From: the human T2T-CHM13v2.0 reference genome, Homo sapiens
Reading direction: 5' to 3' (one strand)
Assembly: GCF_009914755.1 (NCBI RefSeq)
Contig: NC_060936.1
DNA length: 64,000 nt
Shown: piece after piece, positions 13,215-26,581 of the stretch
Position numbering within the stretch: the stretch's first letter is position 1
Layout: the number at the start of each line of letters is the position of its first letter
The notes under the pieces: generated by a model
The model's input: the letters and a program-made list of their open reading frames with translations, nothing else
Database searches by the model: none
Told to the model about the DNA's origin: nothing
Program-made: the position numbers and the translations under genes

Positions 13215-14153
13215 TTCTTATCAAAACTCAACCTGAAAGTAAGTTGCAAAAGCAAGCACATTTCTAACAGAGGACTTGGATCCAGAATACAGAAAGTGCT
13301 TTTACAACTCAATAAAAGAAGACATACAATCCAATAAGATTTAAACAGATGTTTCACAAAAAAGGGAAGGCTAACAAGTACATAAAAATACACTCAATAC
13401 CACTGGTCATTAGAGAAATGCAAACTATGACCATAATTAGATACCACTACAAAACCACTAGAATGGCTACAATTAAAAAGAATGACAATGTCATGTGTTA
13501 TGAGGATGTGGAGCAACTGGAATGCTCATACACTGATGGTATGAACACAAATGGTTCCCTACTTTGGAGAACATTTTGGTAGTTTCTTGAAAAGTTAAAA
13601 GATACTTATTATATGATCCAGTAATCCCATTCCAAGATGTCTACCCAAGAGAATTAGAACATATGTCCACACAAAGCATTGTATGCAAATGTCCACCTAC
13701 ATTATTCACAGTTTCCCAAAAATGGGGGAAAACAAACCAAATGTCCAACTCCAAATGTAGTGGTATATCCATACAATAGAATACTACTACCAAAAACAAA
13801 AGAACAAATACTGACACATGCAGTACTGATCCTGAACATGGATGAATCTCAAACACATCTTACTAAGTGAAAGAAGCCAGACACAAAAGACTACACACCA
13901 CATGAGGCCATTTATATGAATTCTAGAAAAGGCAAAACTATAGCATCCAAAAGAAGGTCAAGGGTTACCTGGAAGTGGGGTGGAAGCAAGGATTGACTGC
14001 AAAAGGACAAAAAAGAACTTTTTGAGATGATGTAAGTGATTTAAGTATTGGCTGCACAACTGTATATATTTAACAAAACTCATTAAGCTGAATATTTAAA
14101 AGGAGTAAATTTTATGGTATATAAGTTACTATTCAATCAAGTTGAAAATAAAA
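13215..14153 (+). mobile_element. L1ME/L1MD-type LINE-1 3' end
   Basis: Degenerate ORF2 tail (cattagagaaatgcaaa, gaggatgtggagcaactggaatgctcatacactg) and old 3'UTR ending in aaaataaaa. Confidence 0.8.
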
Positions 14154-14519
14154 TTACTACAGTTGTATATAGTCCTCAATTGTTCACTTTTCTATGGATC
14201 AATTGTTTCTCATAAATATTTTTAAGAAAAAAGATAAACTTTAAAGACATAATAAGGATTTGTTTTATTAATAGTTGTTGTGGTTTGGTTTGCTTGGCAT
14301 GTGGGAAGAGGAACACTGGGTTGACTTGTTTGCTAAATCACAGGATCTAGCTTGACTTCCCCGCACACGGCAGCTCTCAAAATCATTTGGTGATTGACTG
14401 ATAAGGCACACCCAGGGGTACAGCAGGTACATCTAATTAAATCTAGTGAGATAAATTTTTCTTAACACAGCACACAATAAAATTAAGATTTAATCCACAA
14501 TTTAATTTCAATTTGAAGA

Positions 14520-14775
14520 AAAGAATAGCCTGGAATATCCTGTCATACCTGAAAGTGAGGAAGAGACTATTGAGTCATGCCAAAAATACTTGAGGGTCCC
14601 AACGAACAAAATTGAGACTACTGAGCATTGAGATGAATGGCCACATTGGATTGAAACACACCAAATATGTTAAAATCCGTGAGCTCATAATTATTTTTGA
14701 AAACACATATTAGTCATCTTTGGAGGTCAGAGTACCAACTCATTATTCTAAAAACTGGAAGATAAAGGGAAATAC
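14520..14775 (+). mobile_element. L1MC/MD 3'UTR fragment
   Basis: tggattgaaacacaccaaatatgttaaaatccgtgagctcataat...aaaactggaagataaagggaa. Confidence 0.55.
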
Positions 14776-15917
14776 GCTATAAAAGCAAGAAAAGAGGAAG
14801 GCAGATCAACATAAACACTGAAGGACATCTGCGATACGTCACACAGTAGAAAGAGTAAGCTTCATTCCGCCGTATAAGGTGATCCCAATGTTATAAAATT
14901 CAACAAATCTATACAATGCTTTTATAGACTTCAATAAAAACTCAAGGAAGATAAACTATTTACTGTGGTTACCCCTGAGATACGGAAATGGATGTTGTGG
15001 AGGAGGAAAAAAGATTTTCACTTTGTATGTTTTATTACTTCGGTAAAAATTTTAAAGCAACAAATTTCTAGACAAAACTTTTTTGTCTTCCCAGGGGAAA
15101 AAAGTCTAATTTATTATGGACTATATGTTAAAGCCTTGTAATGATGCTGCACTGCCTACTGGATGAAGCCCAAATTTGTTCTTAGAGGGAAAAGTATCAA
15201 ATAAAAGTTTCAAAAGATGTAAATAAGAAAAGCTTACTCTAATGTTGCTGTTTCTCTTTCTGTCTTTGGAGAAATGGACCAGAGAATGAGAATGGGCCAC
15301 CATGATTCCACTTCTGCTACCACTGTCATCAAATTATTTTAAAAATCATTTAGAAAAGATCTATTTAATTTTCTACTTCATTTAGTCCACACCTGCTCTT
15401 TTCCGAGGAACTCTGCAATTGAGTGGCACCCAATTATTCATCCATTAAACATGTGAGACAGGAAACTCAGGCTGAGGAGAGGAGGCTCCCATTGAGGGGG
15501 AGAGCTTGGGGTGAGCACATCCCACTCTGATGCCAGCTGTCCCTGCGGCAGAGGTGGCGCCTTCCAGGCCTGGGAGGGCCCAGCTCAATGGCAGTGCCTT
15601 CATTTTAATCTCTAGTTAAGAAGTTTAACAGGAGTAGCAAAGGATATAATTAGAAACGTTCTCAACTGCTAGCAGAATTGAAAAGAATGAGGATTCCATA
15701 ACAATTAAAATTACTTTTCTAAGTGCTGATAATTCTTACCTCCTTTGCCAGCTGGGTACAAGTCAGGACCTCTGTTTTAGCCAGTTTTATACACATGTTT
15801 TATAAACATGTTTTATACACATCTCTGGAAATATAGTCCTTCCATTTTACCATGTCAGTTGACACAGGGGAAGTTTTGTTTGAAAAAAAAAAGTCAAGGC
15901 ATTACAAAGTAGAAAAG

Positions 15918-16130
15918 AAGGATTCTTAATGTGGGAACCACGAGCCTACAGCGGATGGGATTCATGGAGGTCGACAAATCCCCTGAACGTGTAAGAAAAC
16001 CTGCATGTGTGTCTGTGTGTGCGTGTGTGTGTGTGCATTCACAGATTCATTTCTCTATGGGAGGACACATAGCTGTTATGAAATTCTGAGAGGGCTCTAG
16101 TCCCCTCAGAAACCCATAGTAATCACTCCT
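15918..16130 (+). mobile_element. Charlie4z-like hAT MITE
   Basis: ggattcttaatgtggg...cccctgaa...tgtgtgtgca...catagctgttatgaaattctgagagggctct. Confidence 0.45.
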
Positions 16131-16451
16131 GAAAGGGAGTGTACCATTATAAATCATCTTAGGCTCTCAAGCCAGTAACTAAACGAACACAGTCAGTTGC
16201 AAGCAGGCATGAGCTAAACTCTGCTTTGTTAAACAATGGAAGAGGAAATACATTGGGAAGGAGAGGGTTCCTAAAAGATGCTTTAGAGAAGTAGAAAGAA
16301 GATAAGTCAGTCCTAAATGTGGGCCCAGGCAGGGAAGGGAGATCCCTGGACCAGGTCTACAGGAAGCACATTTCCTCTGCAAGGGAGTGCCCACACCAAC
16401 AAGAACAAGCATGACAGAATGCTCTGAGAGGACAGATAAAGAAAAAGATGA

Positions 16452-17790
16452 ATGAGCCAGCAATTCCATGGCCAGGTATTTACCAAAGAGAAATGAGTGC
16501 TTTTGCCCACCAAAAGACACACAAAGCATGTCACAGGATTCATCACAGCCCATTGATTGGATAAGCGATAAATAAATAGTGGTATGGTCACAGAATGGAA
16601 TTGTAAAAAGTAACAAGAAAGAATGAACTGCTGCATGCAATAACATTAATGAATTACATAGATGTCATGTTGAACAAAGAAACAGCCACAACAGAGTATG
16701 ACGGAAAACCTGTCCATGTCCACACAAAACCTAATGTTAGGAGCAGCATTATTCATAATAGTCAAAAAAGAGAAAAACCTAAATGTCCATTAACTGATAG
16801 ATGGACAAACAAAATATGATATATCCACATCTTGGAATATTATCCAGCCTTAAAAAGGAATGATGTGGCCAGGTGCAGTGGCTCATACCTGTAATCCCAG
16901 CACTTTGGGAGGCTGAGGCAGATGGATCGCCTGAGGTCAGGAGTTTGAGACCAGCCTGGCCAACATGGTGAAACCCTGTCTTACTAAAAATACAAAAATT
17001 AGCCGGGAGTGGTGGCGGGTGCCTGTAATCCCAGCTACTCAGGAGGCTGAGTCAGGAGAATCCCTTGAACCCGGAAGCAGAGGTTGCAGTGAGCCGAGAT
17101 CATACCACCGCACTCCAGCCTGGGTGACAGAACAAGACTCTGTCTTGGGAAAAAAAAAAAAAGGAATGATGTACTGATTCATGCTAAAACATGGACAAAC
17201 TTTGAAAACATTATCTAAATGAAAGAAGCCAGTCACAAAAGGCCACATAAGGTATGGTTCCATTTACATGAAATGTTCAGAATAGGCAAATGTATACAGA
17301 TGGAAAGGAGCTTCGCCAGGGCTGGGAGGAGGGGGAAATTGGGAGTGACTGCTAATGGCTGTATCTTTTGGAGGTGATGAAAAGGTTCTAGAATAGAAAG
17401 TGACAATGGTTGCACAAACTTGTGAATACACTAAAACTACTGAATTGTACACTTTAAAAGATGAATTTTATGATGTATAAATCATGTCAATAAAAACCAG
17501 TTAAAGAAATAATAGGTATAGTATGGTTTCATTTATATGAAGTTTGAAAACAGACAAAAACAATCTATGGTGTGAGGGTAAAAACAGTGGTTACCTTTGG
17601 CAGAGGAACCTCTGCAGGGCTGTAAATGTTTTATATCATGATCTAGGTGCTGCTTACATAAATATTTATATTTACATTTATTTATATATGTTTATATATA
17701 CATACACACATATAAAAATTTATCAAGCTTACATTTAATACATTTGAGCTCGCACTTAAGATTTATGTGTTTTGTTGAATGTATTTCAGC
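16452..17790 (+). mobile_element. Nested old L1s: L1ME 3' end split by an L1MB 3' end (about 16705-17500)
   Basis: L1ME-like sequence stops near 16700 and resumes near 17515; between them is an L1MB 3'UTR (gggagtgactgctaatgg...ctgaattgtacactttaaaag...tcaataaaa). Confidence 0.7.
16867..17160 (+). mobile_element. AluSx inserted in L1MB
   Basis: Full dimeric Alu; TSD aaaaaggaatgatgt on both sides. Confidence 0.95.
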
Positions 17791-17944
17791 AGATATTTTA
17801 GAAAAAAATATTTTTTCCATAGCATTGTGATAAGGATCAATGCATTATTAGATGTAAATCCCTAGAACCAAGTTTAGAACATATAATATGTTCAGTGAAG
17901 CAATTTTACCCTACCAGTTGCCTACATTAAAAACCTCATGTCCA

Positions 17945-18249
<305 letters not shown>

Positions 18250-18274
18250 TCATGTCCAAAACAATGACACCTCT

Positions 18275-18932
18275 ATAGGTTCTACCTTTAAAATAGATCT
18301 AGCAACCGATTTCTTACCAACTCATCATCCTAATCTAAATCACCATAATTTCTCTCCTGGCTGCAGCAACAGTCTACTAACAAGTCTCTGCTTCTGCCCA
18401 TGCCCGACTGTGGATTCTTCATGCAGCAAGCACTGTAAGCCTGTTAAACAGAAGTCAGGGCCCAACAGCCTCTGCTCAAAACCCTTCAATGCCTCCACCT
18501 TACTCAAAGCAAAAGCCAAAGGCCTCCCTGTGGCCCACAAGGCCCTATATGAGCTGCTCTCTGGTTCTGCCACTCCTAGTGACCAGCCCGACCTCCCCAC
18601 CACTACCTGGCCACTCACTGGCTCCACCCCAGCCACACCATCCTACTTGCCATTACTGCAACTTATCTAGGACACTTCCACTTCAGGGACTTTGCCCTGG
18701 ATGCTCTCTCCACCTCTGCCTGTTCCCCAAGATTTCTGCACAGGTAACTCTGCCCCGACTCAGGCCTCCGCTCAAGTATCAGTGAGGCCTGCCCTGGCAC
18801 TGCAAACACAGCAACCCTTCCCAAGCTAGCACTCTTGGTCACCTTGCTTTATTTCTCTACATAGCATGTCACCATCTGATAAATGCCTAGCACTTAGTAG
18901 GTGCTCAATGAATGTTTCCTGAATCAATGAAC
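18275..18932 (+). mobile_element. L2a LINE 3' part
   Basis: ctgctcaaaacccttcaatg, ggcccacaaggccct, cttcagggactttgc and the terminal cctagcacttagtaggtgctcaatgaatg...aatgaa. Confidence 0.85.
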
Positions 18933-19343
18933 ACAGACATGAACATACGAATAAAAAAAACATTAGTTATATTAATTCCTGAATATGGAATGAAATCCCA
19001 TAACCTTTGGTACAATTTGAATTTTTATCACAAATGTGGATTATTTTGGATCGCAAACAGGAAGTAGAGAACACAGTCATAGCAGCCTGTAATTTCACTG
19101 GATTCTATTCATGATCTGCCTATAAAGAACAACAAAAACCCATAAAGCAAAAGGAAATATACTCTCTTTTCTTGTTTGCCTCATCAAATACATAGCCTTA
19201 TAAAGAAAGAGGCTACTATGAGATTTTAAAAGGAAAATGTGAGTATGGAGGACAACAATTTTGCAGGCAAACTGTTATGCACGTACAGATTGTCAGAAGT
19301 TTTCTGTTAAAAGTTAGGCAAACGATGGTAGGTGCAACCTTTT

Positions 19344-19504
19344 TCAGATAAAATGTTTTGCAAAAATGAGAACTATTTCCCAGGTAGCAGCATTATAAGT
19401 GTTCTCAGGGTCATCCTGCCCACAGATTAGCAACGGCTTTGCCAGAACGGGCTTTGATGTTATCCAGGAATGACGAACAACAGACCTCCTGTGCTCCTTG
19501 CCCG
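19344..19504 (-). other. Candidate (alternative terminal) exon of an unidentified minus-strand gene
   Basis: Acceptor cttctttatgttctcatgttttcatctag|CGGGCAAGG at 19505; unique sequence with four CpGs in about 75 nt; no strong donor seen; 3' extent unknown. Confidence 0.35.
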
Positions 19505-19941
19505 CTAGATGAAAACATGAGAACATAAAGAAGCCCTGGTGCTTCTTTCCTTTTATCCTTGAACAAACACAGACATACAGCAGATGTGACCTCACTAAAT
19601 ATGAGCTGGTTCAACTGATGCTGAGTTTCTATTGCACTTCTAATGATTGCACATGGTGATGTTCCCACTCTGTGGGACTGAATCCAGGCAAAAGACAAAA
19701 GCAACCCTTTGCACCACAGACATAAAAGTTTATTTGAGGCATAAGTTCTGAATATTCTAACAATCCGATTACAGGATTATTTTTCTATAGCCCAAACTGC
19801 AAAGTTGAACTATCTGCTTGTGAGGACAATTGCTACCAAGACAGCTGACTTTCATTGTTTGAAGAAGCACGCTTGAACTCCTTCCTCAGAATCACAGCCT
19901 CAAGAAAGGAGAAGAAATTCCCTAACAAATTCCTCACTTAC

Positions 19942-19956
19942 CAAAGGCATATAAGT
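19942..19956 (-). other. Candidate 15-nt microexon ACTTATATGCCTTTG
   Basis: ttcccctatag|ACTTATATGCCTTTG|gtaagtgag; frame-preserving and open in all three phases; upstream TGC and TCTC repeats. Confidence 0.45.
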
Positions 19957-20525
19957 CTATAGGGGAATTACAATTTAACCAAGCAAAAATTAGAAAATAC
20001 TTGGTTTCAGAGAGACAGAGAGACAGAAAGGTAGTTATAACGTGTTTTTTGTGGAACACAATTATCAAAAAGCATTTACATGGCTCCACCTAATACAAAG
20101 AGGATTACACCAGAATGGTTTCTCACTCATAACTCAAATTTTAGTCCCATGATTGAGCACACTGGCATAATAGATATTCAATAAATGCCAATTTAATTGA
20201 AATTTAATGAGATTTAAAATTGAAACCTCATTTTTCCAAGAAGTCTTCCCTGATTATATCAGCTCACAAGAAACCCACTTCTCAGACTCCTATAATACTT
20301 ACTATCCAACAATGATTATAAACTGTTCTTGTTGTTCTTTAATTATTTTTTGTATAGATCCTCATCTCCCCACCTAGACTGTGAATCCCTCAAATTCAAA
20401 GACTACACATTAAATTTCTTCTAAATTACCCAGAAGAATAGGGGTTGGAGGCACAGAGTAGGATAAATATGAAACATATCACCCCATTCATCCCAAGTGA
20501 GCACAAATAGCTGTGTATTCCTACA

Positions 20526-20526
<1 letters not shown>

Positions 20527-20557
<31 letters not shown>

Positions 20558-20563
20558 ACACAC
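20527..20563 (+). repeat. (CA)n microsatellite
   Basis: Visible CA run with one interruption. Confidence 0.95.
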
Positions 20564-21158
20564 AAATGTTCCTGCATGCCTCTTCATGAGCTGCTTCTTA
20601 GACGAAGACCTAATAAAATATGCATGCAAATGGAGGGAACCTGGAGAATGAGCCCATTCTGTTTTGCCCCATGTCCCACATTCACTGAGCTTAGAGAAGA
20701 CAGAGCTAGTGTTTGCTGCGGTACTCAGGAAGCCCTGGACGTGAGTTTGAATAGAAAATGAGCAGAAACAACCTGACAATTTGCCACTCTAAAACATGTA
20801 AACTTTCTTTAGCTGCAGCTTGGTCCTAACTGAGTGTGTCCTGCCTCTTAGCGATCTGATCTCATGACTCATGTCTTTCTCAAAGGAATCTGTGGGAGAT
20901 TTCATCTGTAGATTCATACCACCCCTGGCTTGTTGAGAGCATCACAAACTTAGTGTAGTAGTGCTGTTATCTTCCTTATTACTGATGCACACATGTGCCA
21001 TTTGTGACTAATTTATGCTCACCAATCAGATCTGCATGAAGCAGTGGAGAGAATTTTCAAGGTAATGCAGCCAAACTAGGTATCTTAAAACAATGTGTGT
21101 TGCATGTACCTACCTTTCTTTCCAAAGAGCACAAGTGTTCTCTTATCAGGGGTGCATG

Positions 21159-21160
<2 letters not shown>

Positions 21161-21189
<29 letters not shown>
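21161..21189 (+). repeat. (TG)n microsatellite
   Basis: Visible TG run. Confidence 0.95.
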
Positions 21190-21191
<2 letters not shown>

Positions 21192-22222
21192 GCATGTTAG
21201 GGAGTGTTATTTTGTTTACTTTCTTAACTAACTTGGGTCTGATCCTCTTAGTGGCTACCTAAAAGTGACTAGAAAAGTAAGCAAAAACATGCTTCCTTTT
21301 CAAATTCACAAAAATACTTTTTCTCTTGCTAAATATTCAAGTAACTCCAAATTGAGCAATTGACCAGATCAAGGCCAAACTTTCTGATGAAGTAATCAAT
21401 CTCCCAAAATTTCTCTACACTGGTTAAACGCCACTTAGTCAAAGCCTCTATTCTTTTATCTGAGACTTTCCATTGTACATAAAAACAGACACGTTTAAAA
21501 TTTCAAAGAAAAAGTATTCATGAAATTTGCTTCCTTGCTTTCTCCTTCTTTCCTTCCTTCCTTCCCTTTGTTCTCAATACTACAATTCACTATGCTACCA
21601 GCTAAGAGCTCTGAAAATGCCGGTAATCACTTAAGGCTTTTGTCCTCACTTAACTGGCAGAATTGCAGTATCTTTGCAATTCTTGGTTCTTCACTGATGC
21701 CATTGTCCATTTTGAAGAGTAGTCATCTCCAACCCAAGCCAGGTGTCTATTACAAAGAACTATTTAAAACTACCACTTTTGTAGGTTTAAAAAGTCAAAT
21801 ACTGGTAACTTCATATAGGTCAACCCTAATGTAGGTTTATCAACATCTTCGACGCCTCTTCATGTTACTCATGCAAATGTTATAAAACTTTATCTAATCA
21901 AATCCATAAGGTCTTTCCTATATGTCTCTTGTTCTGTTTTTACTGCTACACTTCTCCACTTCCTAAACATCACTGAAGCTCATGGCTCATCACCTCTCAG
22001 CAGAAGAACTGAGAATATGTCCTTGCTTGACTCTCCCCTTCCAATACAATCTTGAGACCAATGGTTCAGGTTCTTCCAACAATGCTTTTATTTCCCTGTT
22101 CAAGAATTCTTCCATATCAAATGCAAATGTTTCTCTTCTTGAGCATCCTACAACATGTCACCAGTCTCACGTCATTATTTCATTAACCTTTTTTCATTAT
22201 TCTCCAACAGATTTCTATTTGA

Positions 22223-22708
<486 letters not shown>

Positions 22709-22766
22709 TAATTAATTTTATTACACTTAATCCTATACTATTACCAAGAAATCATTCTTTCTAATA

Positions 22767-22846
22767 TTAGGTTGGTGCAAATGTAATTGCAATTTTTGCC
22801 GTTAAAAGTAATAGTAAAAACTACAATTATGTTTGCACCAACCTAA
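22767..22846. mobile_element. MADE1 (Hsmar1 MITE)
   Basis: 80-bp palindrome ttaggttggtgcaaa...tttgcaccaacctaa flanked by TA on both sides. Confidence 0.95.
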
Positions 22847-23180
22847 TAGTTTTGACGATTGCTCCTATCTGAATTTCAGATATGTATCTTTAAATCACCT
22901 TCTCACAAGAGCTTCACTACAATGACTTCTAAATTGTCTGCAGAACATATCCACTGGGTGTCTCATTTTTCATGTGAGACAGACTTGCATTTTAGTCTTA
23001 GTGAGAATTATGATGGTTATCCTTGATACTTGCTTAAGTTATTTTTTAAACTGTGAAACAGTAGGTGGGATTCTAAAATACCATTTCCTTCAGGAAACCC
23101 ATGGGTGATGAGTCACTGGAGAGACTGGGAGAGTTAGAAGGAACTTAAAATGTAAATTTTGCAGCCCATCAGTACAAAGA

Positions 23181-24328
23181 TGTCTAGCAGGGTTAAAACA
23201 TGAAGCCAGAATTGAAAAACCCACAAGACAAGTAGCAACAAGTTTTTAGTAATTTAAGCCACAGAAATAGATAACATTTAAAAATGAAAGTCTAAAGAGC
23301 GTGAAGGAAATGGGCAAAACCTGGGGAAATCATACCTTTTATGTATGTGTTAAATGACTAAACGAAGTGAGATTCATTACTCAGATTTGACTACGTGATA
23401 TCAGGTATACTCAAATACCTGCAGTCTTTCTTCAAAGGTATTAGCTTGATTTCCCTATTAACCATTTGTGGGTTATTATCTCTACTCTGCAGTTTGAAAG
23501 TTCAAGATGGAAACTAGAGGAAGAAATTGAACTCATGGTTATGATTAGTTAGGACTGACTTTTAAATGTCCAAGCCAGGTAATTAAATATGAACTCTGAT
23601 CCAAAGCAACAACCACTCGGACATATGACTCATACATTTCTGGAAGAAAAGTTACTGCTTATTCTATAATGTAAAATGTCAAGCATTAGTGGAAAAGTCT
23701 GAGCTGCAGTTATCTTTTAAGTCATAACTGATTTTTTTAACTCTAGTAATCATAAGGTTTCAATCACTATTTTTTTTCTCCTGAAGAAACAATGAAATAC
23801 TGATGTGGTCCAATACATTCACCACCAGCTCCTGATTCTAAGAGAGGAAATAAATAACATTGTTTTCGAGTATTGTGTCAGGGTTGTAAAATTTCAGGGT
23901 GATGATCACAGGATTATGTTCGCTTTAAAAATCCAAGCCTACAGACCTCAGGAAATATAAAAGTTAACTTATCCATTAGTTTCTTATGTTACCATTTCCA
24001 ATAAAGGTCATGAAATAGGATTAAAAATCAAAACACCTTAATATTCCATTTTCTTCATAGTGGCATGTGTCCCCTATCTATGACTTCCTAAGTAAAGTAG
24101 TAATTTTAAGTACTATGCCTCAAGAACACAGTTATAGAAATTACTTGAAAGTGAAGAAAATGTGCATTATTCAGTAATCATGTATGGGTTTCTTTTTCTT
24201 TTTTTTGCTGACACTGTTAGAATAAACTTCACAATTGCTAATTCATATTTGCTGAGTGTCTAGTAGGGTTAAAACATGAAGCCAGAATTGAAAAACCCAC
24301 AAGACAAGTAGCAACAAGTTTTTAGTAA
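23181..24328 (+). repeat. 72-bp dispersed direct repeat (23181-23252 and 24257-24328)
   Basis: tgtctag(c/t)agggttaaaacatgaagccagaattgaaaaacccacaagacaagtagcaacaagtttttagtaa; one mismatch; copies 1076 bp apart. Confidence 0.95.
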
Positions 24329-25623
24329 ACATTAGGGGAACAAGAAACTATACTGCTCTTTCTAGAGCACCTGGTGCAGAACAAGAAGACCTATTTCTAA
24401 CTCCTGCTATGAGTGTGAGTGTAACCTTGCATAAGAGTAGCACATTTTATTCCAAATCAAAAGAACATTTTCTCAACTTAGAAAATATTCACCATGATGC
24501 TGAGCCTCAGATTGCAGGTTCGGATTTCCAAGTTCAATGCCCAGTAAATTCTGGATTTTCATTGTTGCAATGTGGGTAGACAGCCACCATGGTTATAGAC
24601 TCCAACTGTCCAGCCCTCTCCTAAAGTCATCTATTGTTCTGTGGATTAATAGTGACCTCTTGTACTAGACATCTCTCTGAGGTCATGTCACACTCACCAT
24701 GCCACCCCATCATGTCCTTATAGATGGGACCCTCCTCTTCTGGTTAACACATCATCTGAAGATAGCCAGAGAGCCATCTCTAAGCTGTGCAATGACAAGG
24801 AGTCATCCTTCATAGAAGACATCTGCCCCCCAAACAGGTCGTCTATACTTGATGGTGACTTGTTAAGAAGTTCACCCTGTGCTTTATTTCCAACTCAGGA
24901 CACCTGGAAAAGGTAAAAGAACCACCATAGTTGTACTGGGACAACAGGTGGAAACCAGTATTGCTCCAGGCAAAATGGGTCATATGGCTATAACCAATTA
25001 GGCCAAACAGATCCCCTCTCTGTACATGAGACTTAGAAAGGAAACCAGAAGAAACACACAGACAGAAGGCTCTAAGCAAAGTCCTGACGCAGAAGAAAAG
25101 GAAGTAGGTATATGAATGAACAGAAGTCGTGAAATAGAGGAAAATAAAGAGAAACTCACCAAAGGGAAAAAATAGCTAATGTTTCATACACTGTGCTAAA
25201 AACTTTAGAGATCAGGTGGCATTTAATCTCCAAAGCAATCCAATGAGATATGTACAATTACCGTCATTTTACAAATCAGTTAAATAAAGATATCTGCTCA
25301 AGATCACGCAGCTAGTTAACACCGCCCAAGCAACGAAAACGGCTGAGTCACCACACTGGCAAAAGACCAGGGCAGGGGGTTCAAAAAGGGTGTGCACATT
25401 TCAGGGGAGTACCCAAACAATCTACTAGGATGTGGAGGAAAATTCCAGAAATCAGATTTACTTTTATTTATCCCCTATTTTAGAACTTTCTTCTGCTTAT
25501 GTTCAATAATGTGGGCAACTCAGTACTATAGTAATACATATATGTAACTTATAAATAAGTGTGTATCGATTATGCTTACTTTTTTTCTGATGGGACATAT
25601 GATCCAAAAAGTTGAAAGATCAT

Positions 25624-25689
25624 GTCACAGTGAGTTTACCTAATAACAAACCTACACATGTACCCACGAACCTAAAATAAATGTTAAAA
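25624..25689 (+). mobile_element. Extremely 5'-truncated L1PA stub (about 65 bp)
   Basis: gagtttacctaataacaaacctacacatgtacccacgaacctaaaataaa + A tail; TSD aaaaagttgaaag(a/g)tcat. Confidence 0.8.
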
Positions 25690-25927
25690 AAAAAGTTGAA
25701 AGGTCATTGTCCTAGAGTTCAGAACTACTTTTACAGTTACTGTGGCATAAACAGGACTAATCTCAAACTACTAGAACCAGCGTTGTAGCCTTGAGGCCCA
25801 GGTCAGGGGGAACGAGATCAATTCATATTCTTTTTATTACTCTATATATTCTGACAATGAACTCCCATCAACTCAAATCATCTGTGCTTGAAATATCAAA
25901 AAATCATCTTATATAAAAAGTTTTACA

Positions 25928-26219
<292 letters not shown>

Positions 26220-26581
26220 CAGTTTTACAGGCCCTAAAACCCACACTGTAAAACCACATCATTTCGAACCCAGACACAAATTTTTACCACATGCATAATC
26301 CCAGAATTATAGAGATATGTCTATAGTCTTGAGTGGGTCAATGCATATACAAAATTAACAATTAATTTTCATGGGTAAACAGTCTCCTTTTCCAAAAATT
26401 TGTTAAATTTTCACATTAGACATCTAAAAACCCACCTTAATTTTAACAGCCCTCTTTGTTAGTAATTAAGTTCTTATTGTCTATGCTAAGTTCCTCAGAA
26501 TACTTACTTGAGTTTGTTTCTCCTATTGCATTCTCAGTTCAGATAATGACTATACACACAGTCCCTGACTTACAATGGTTT

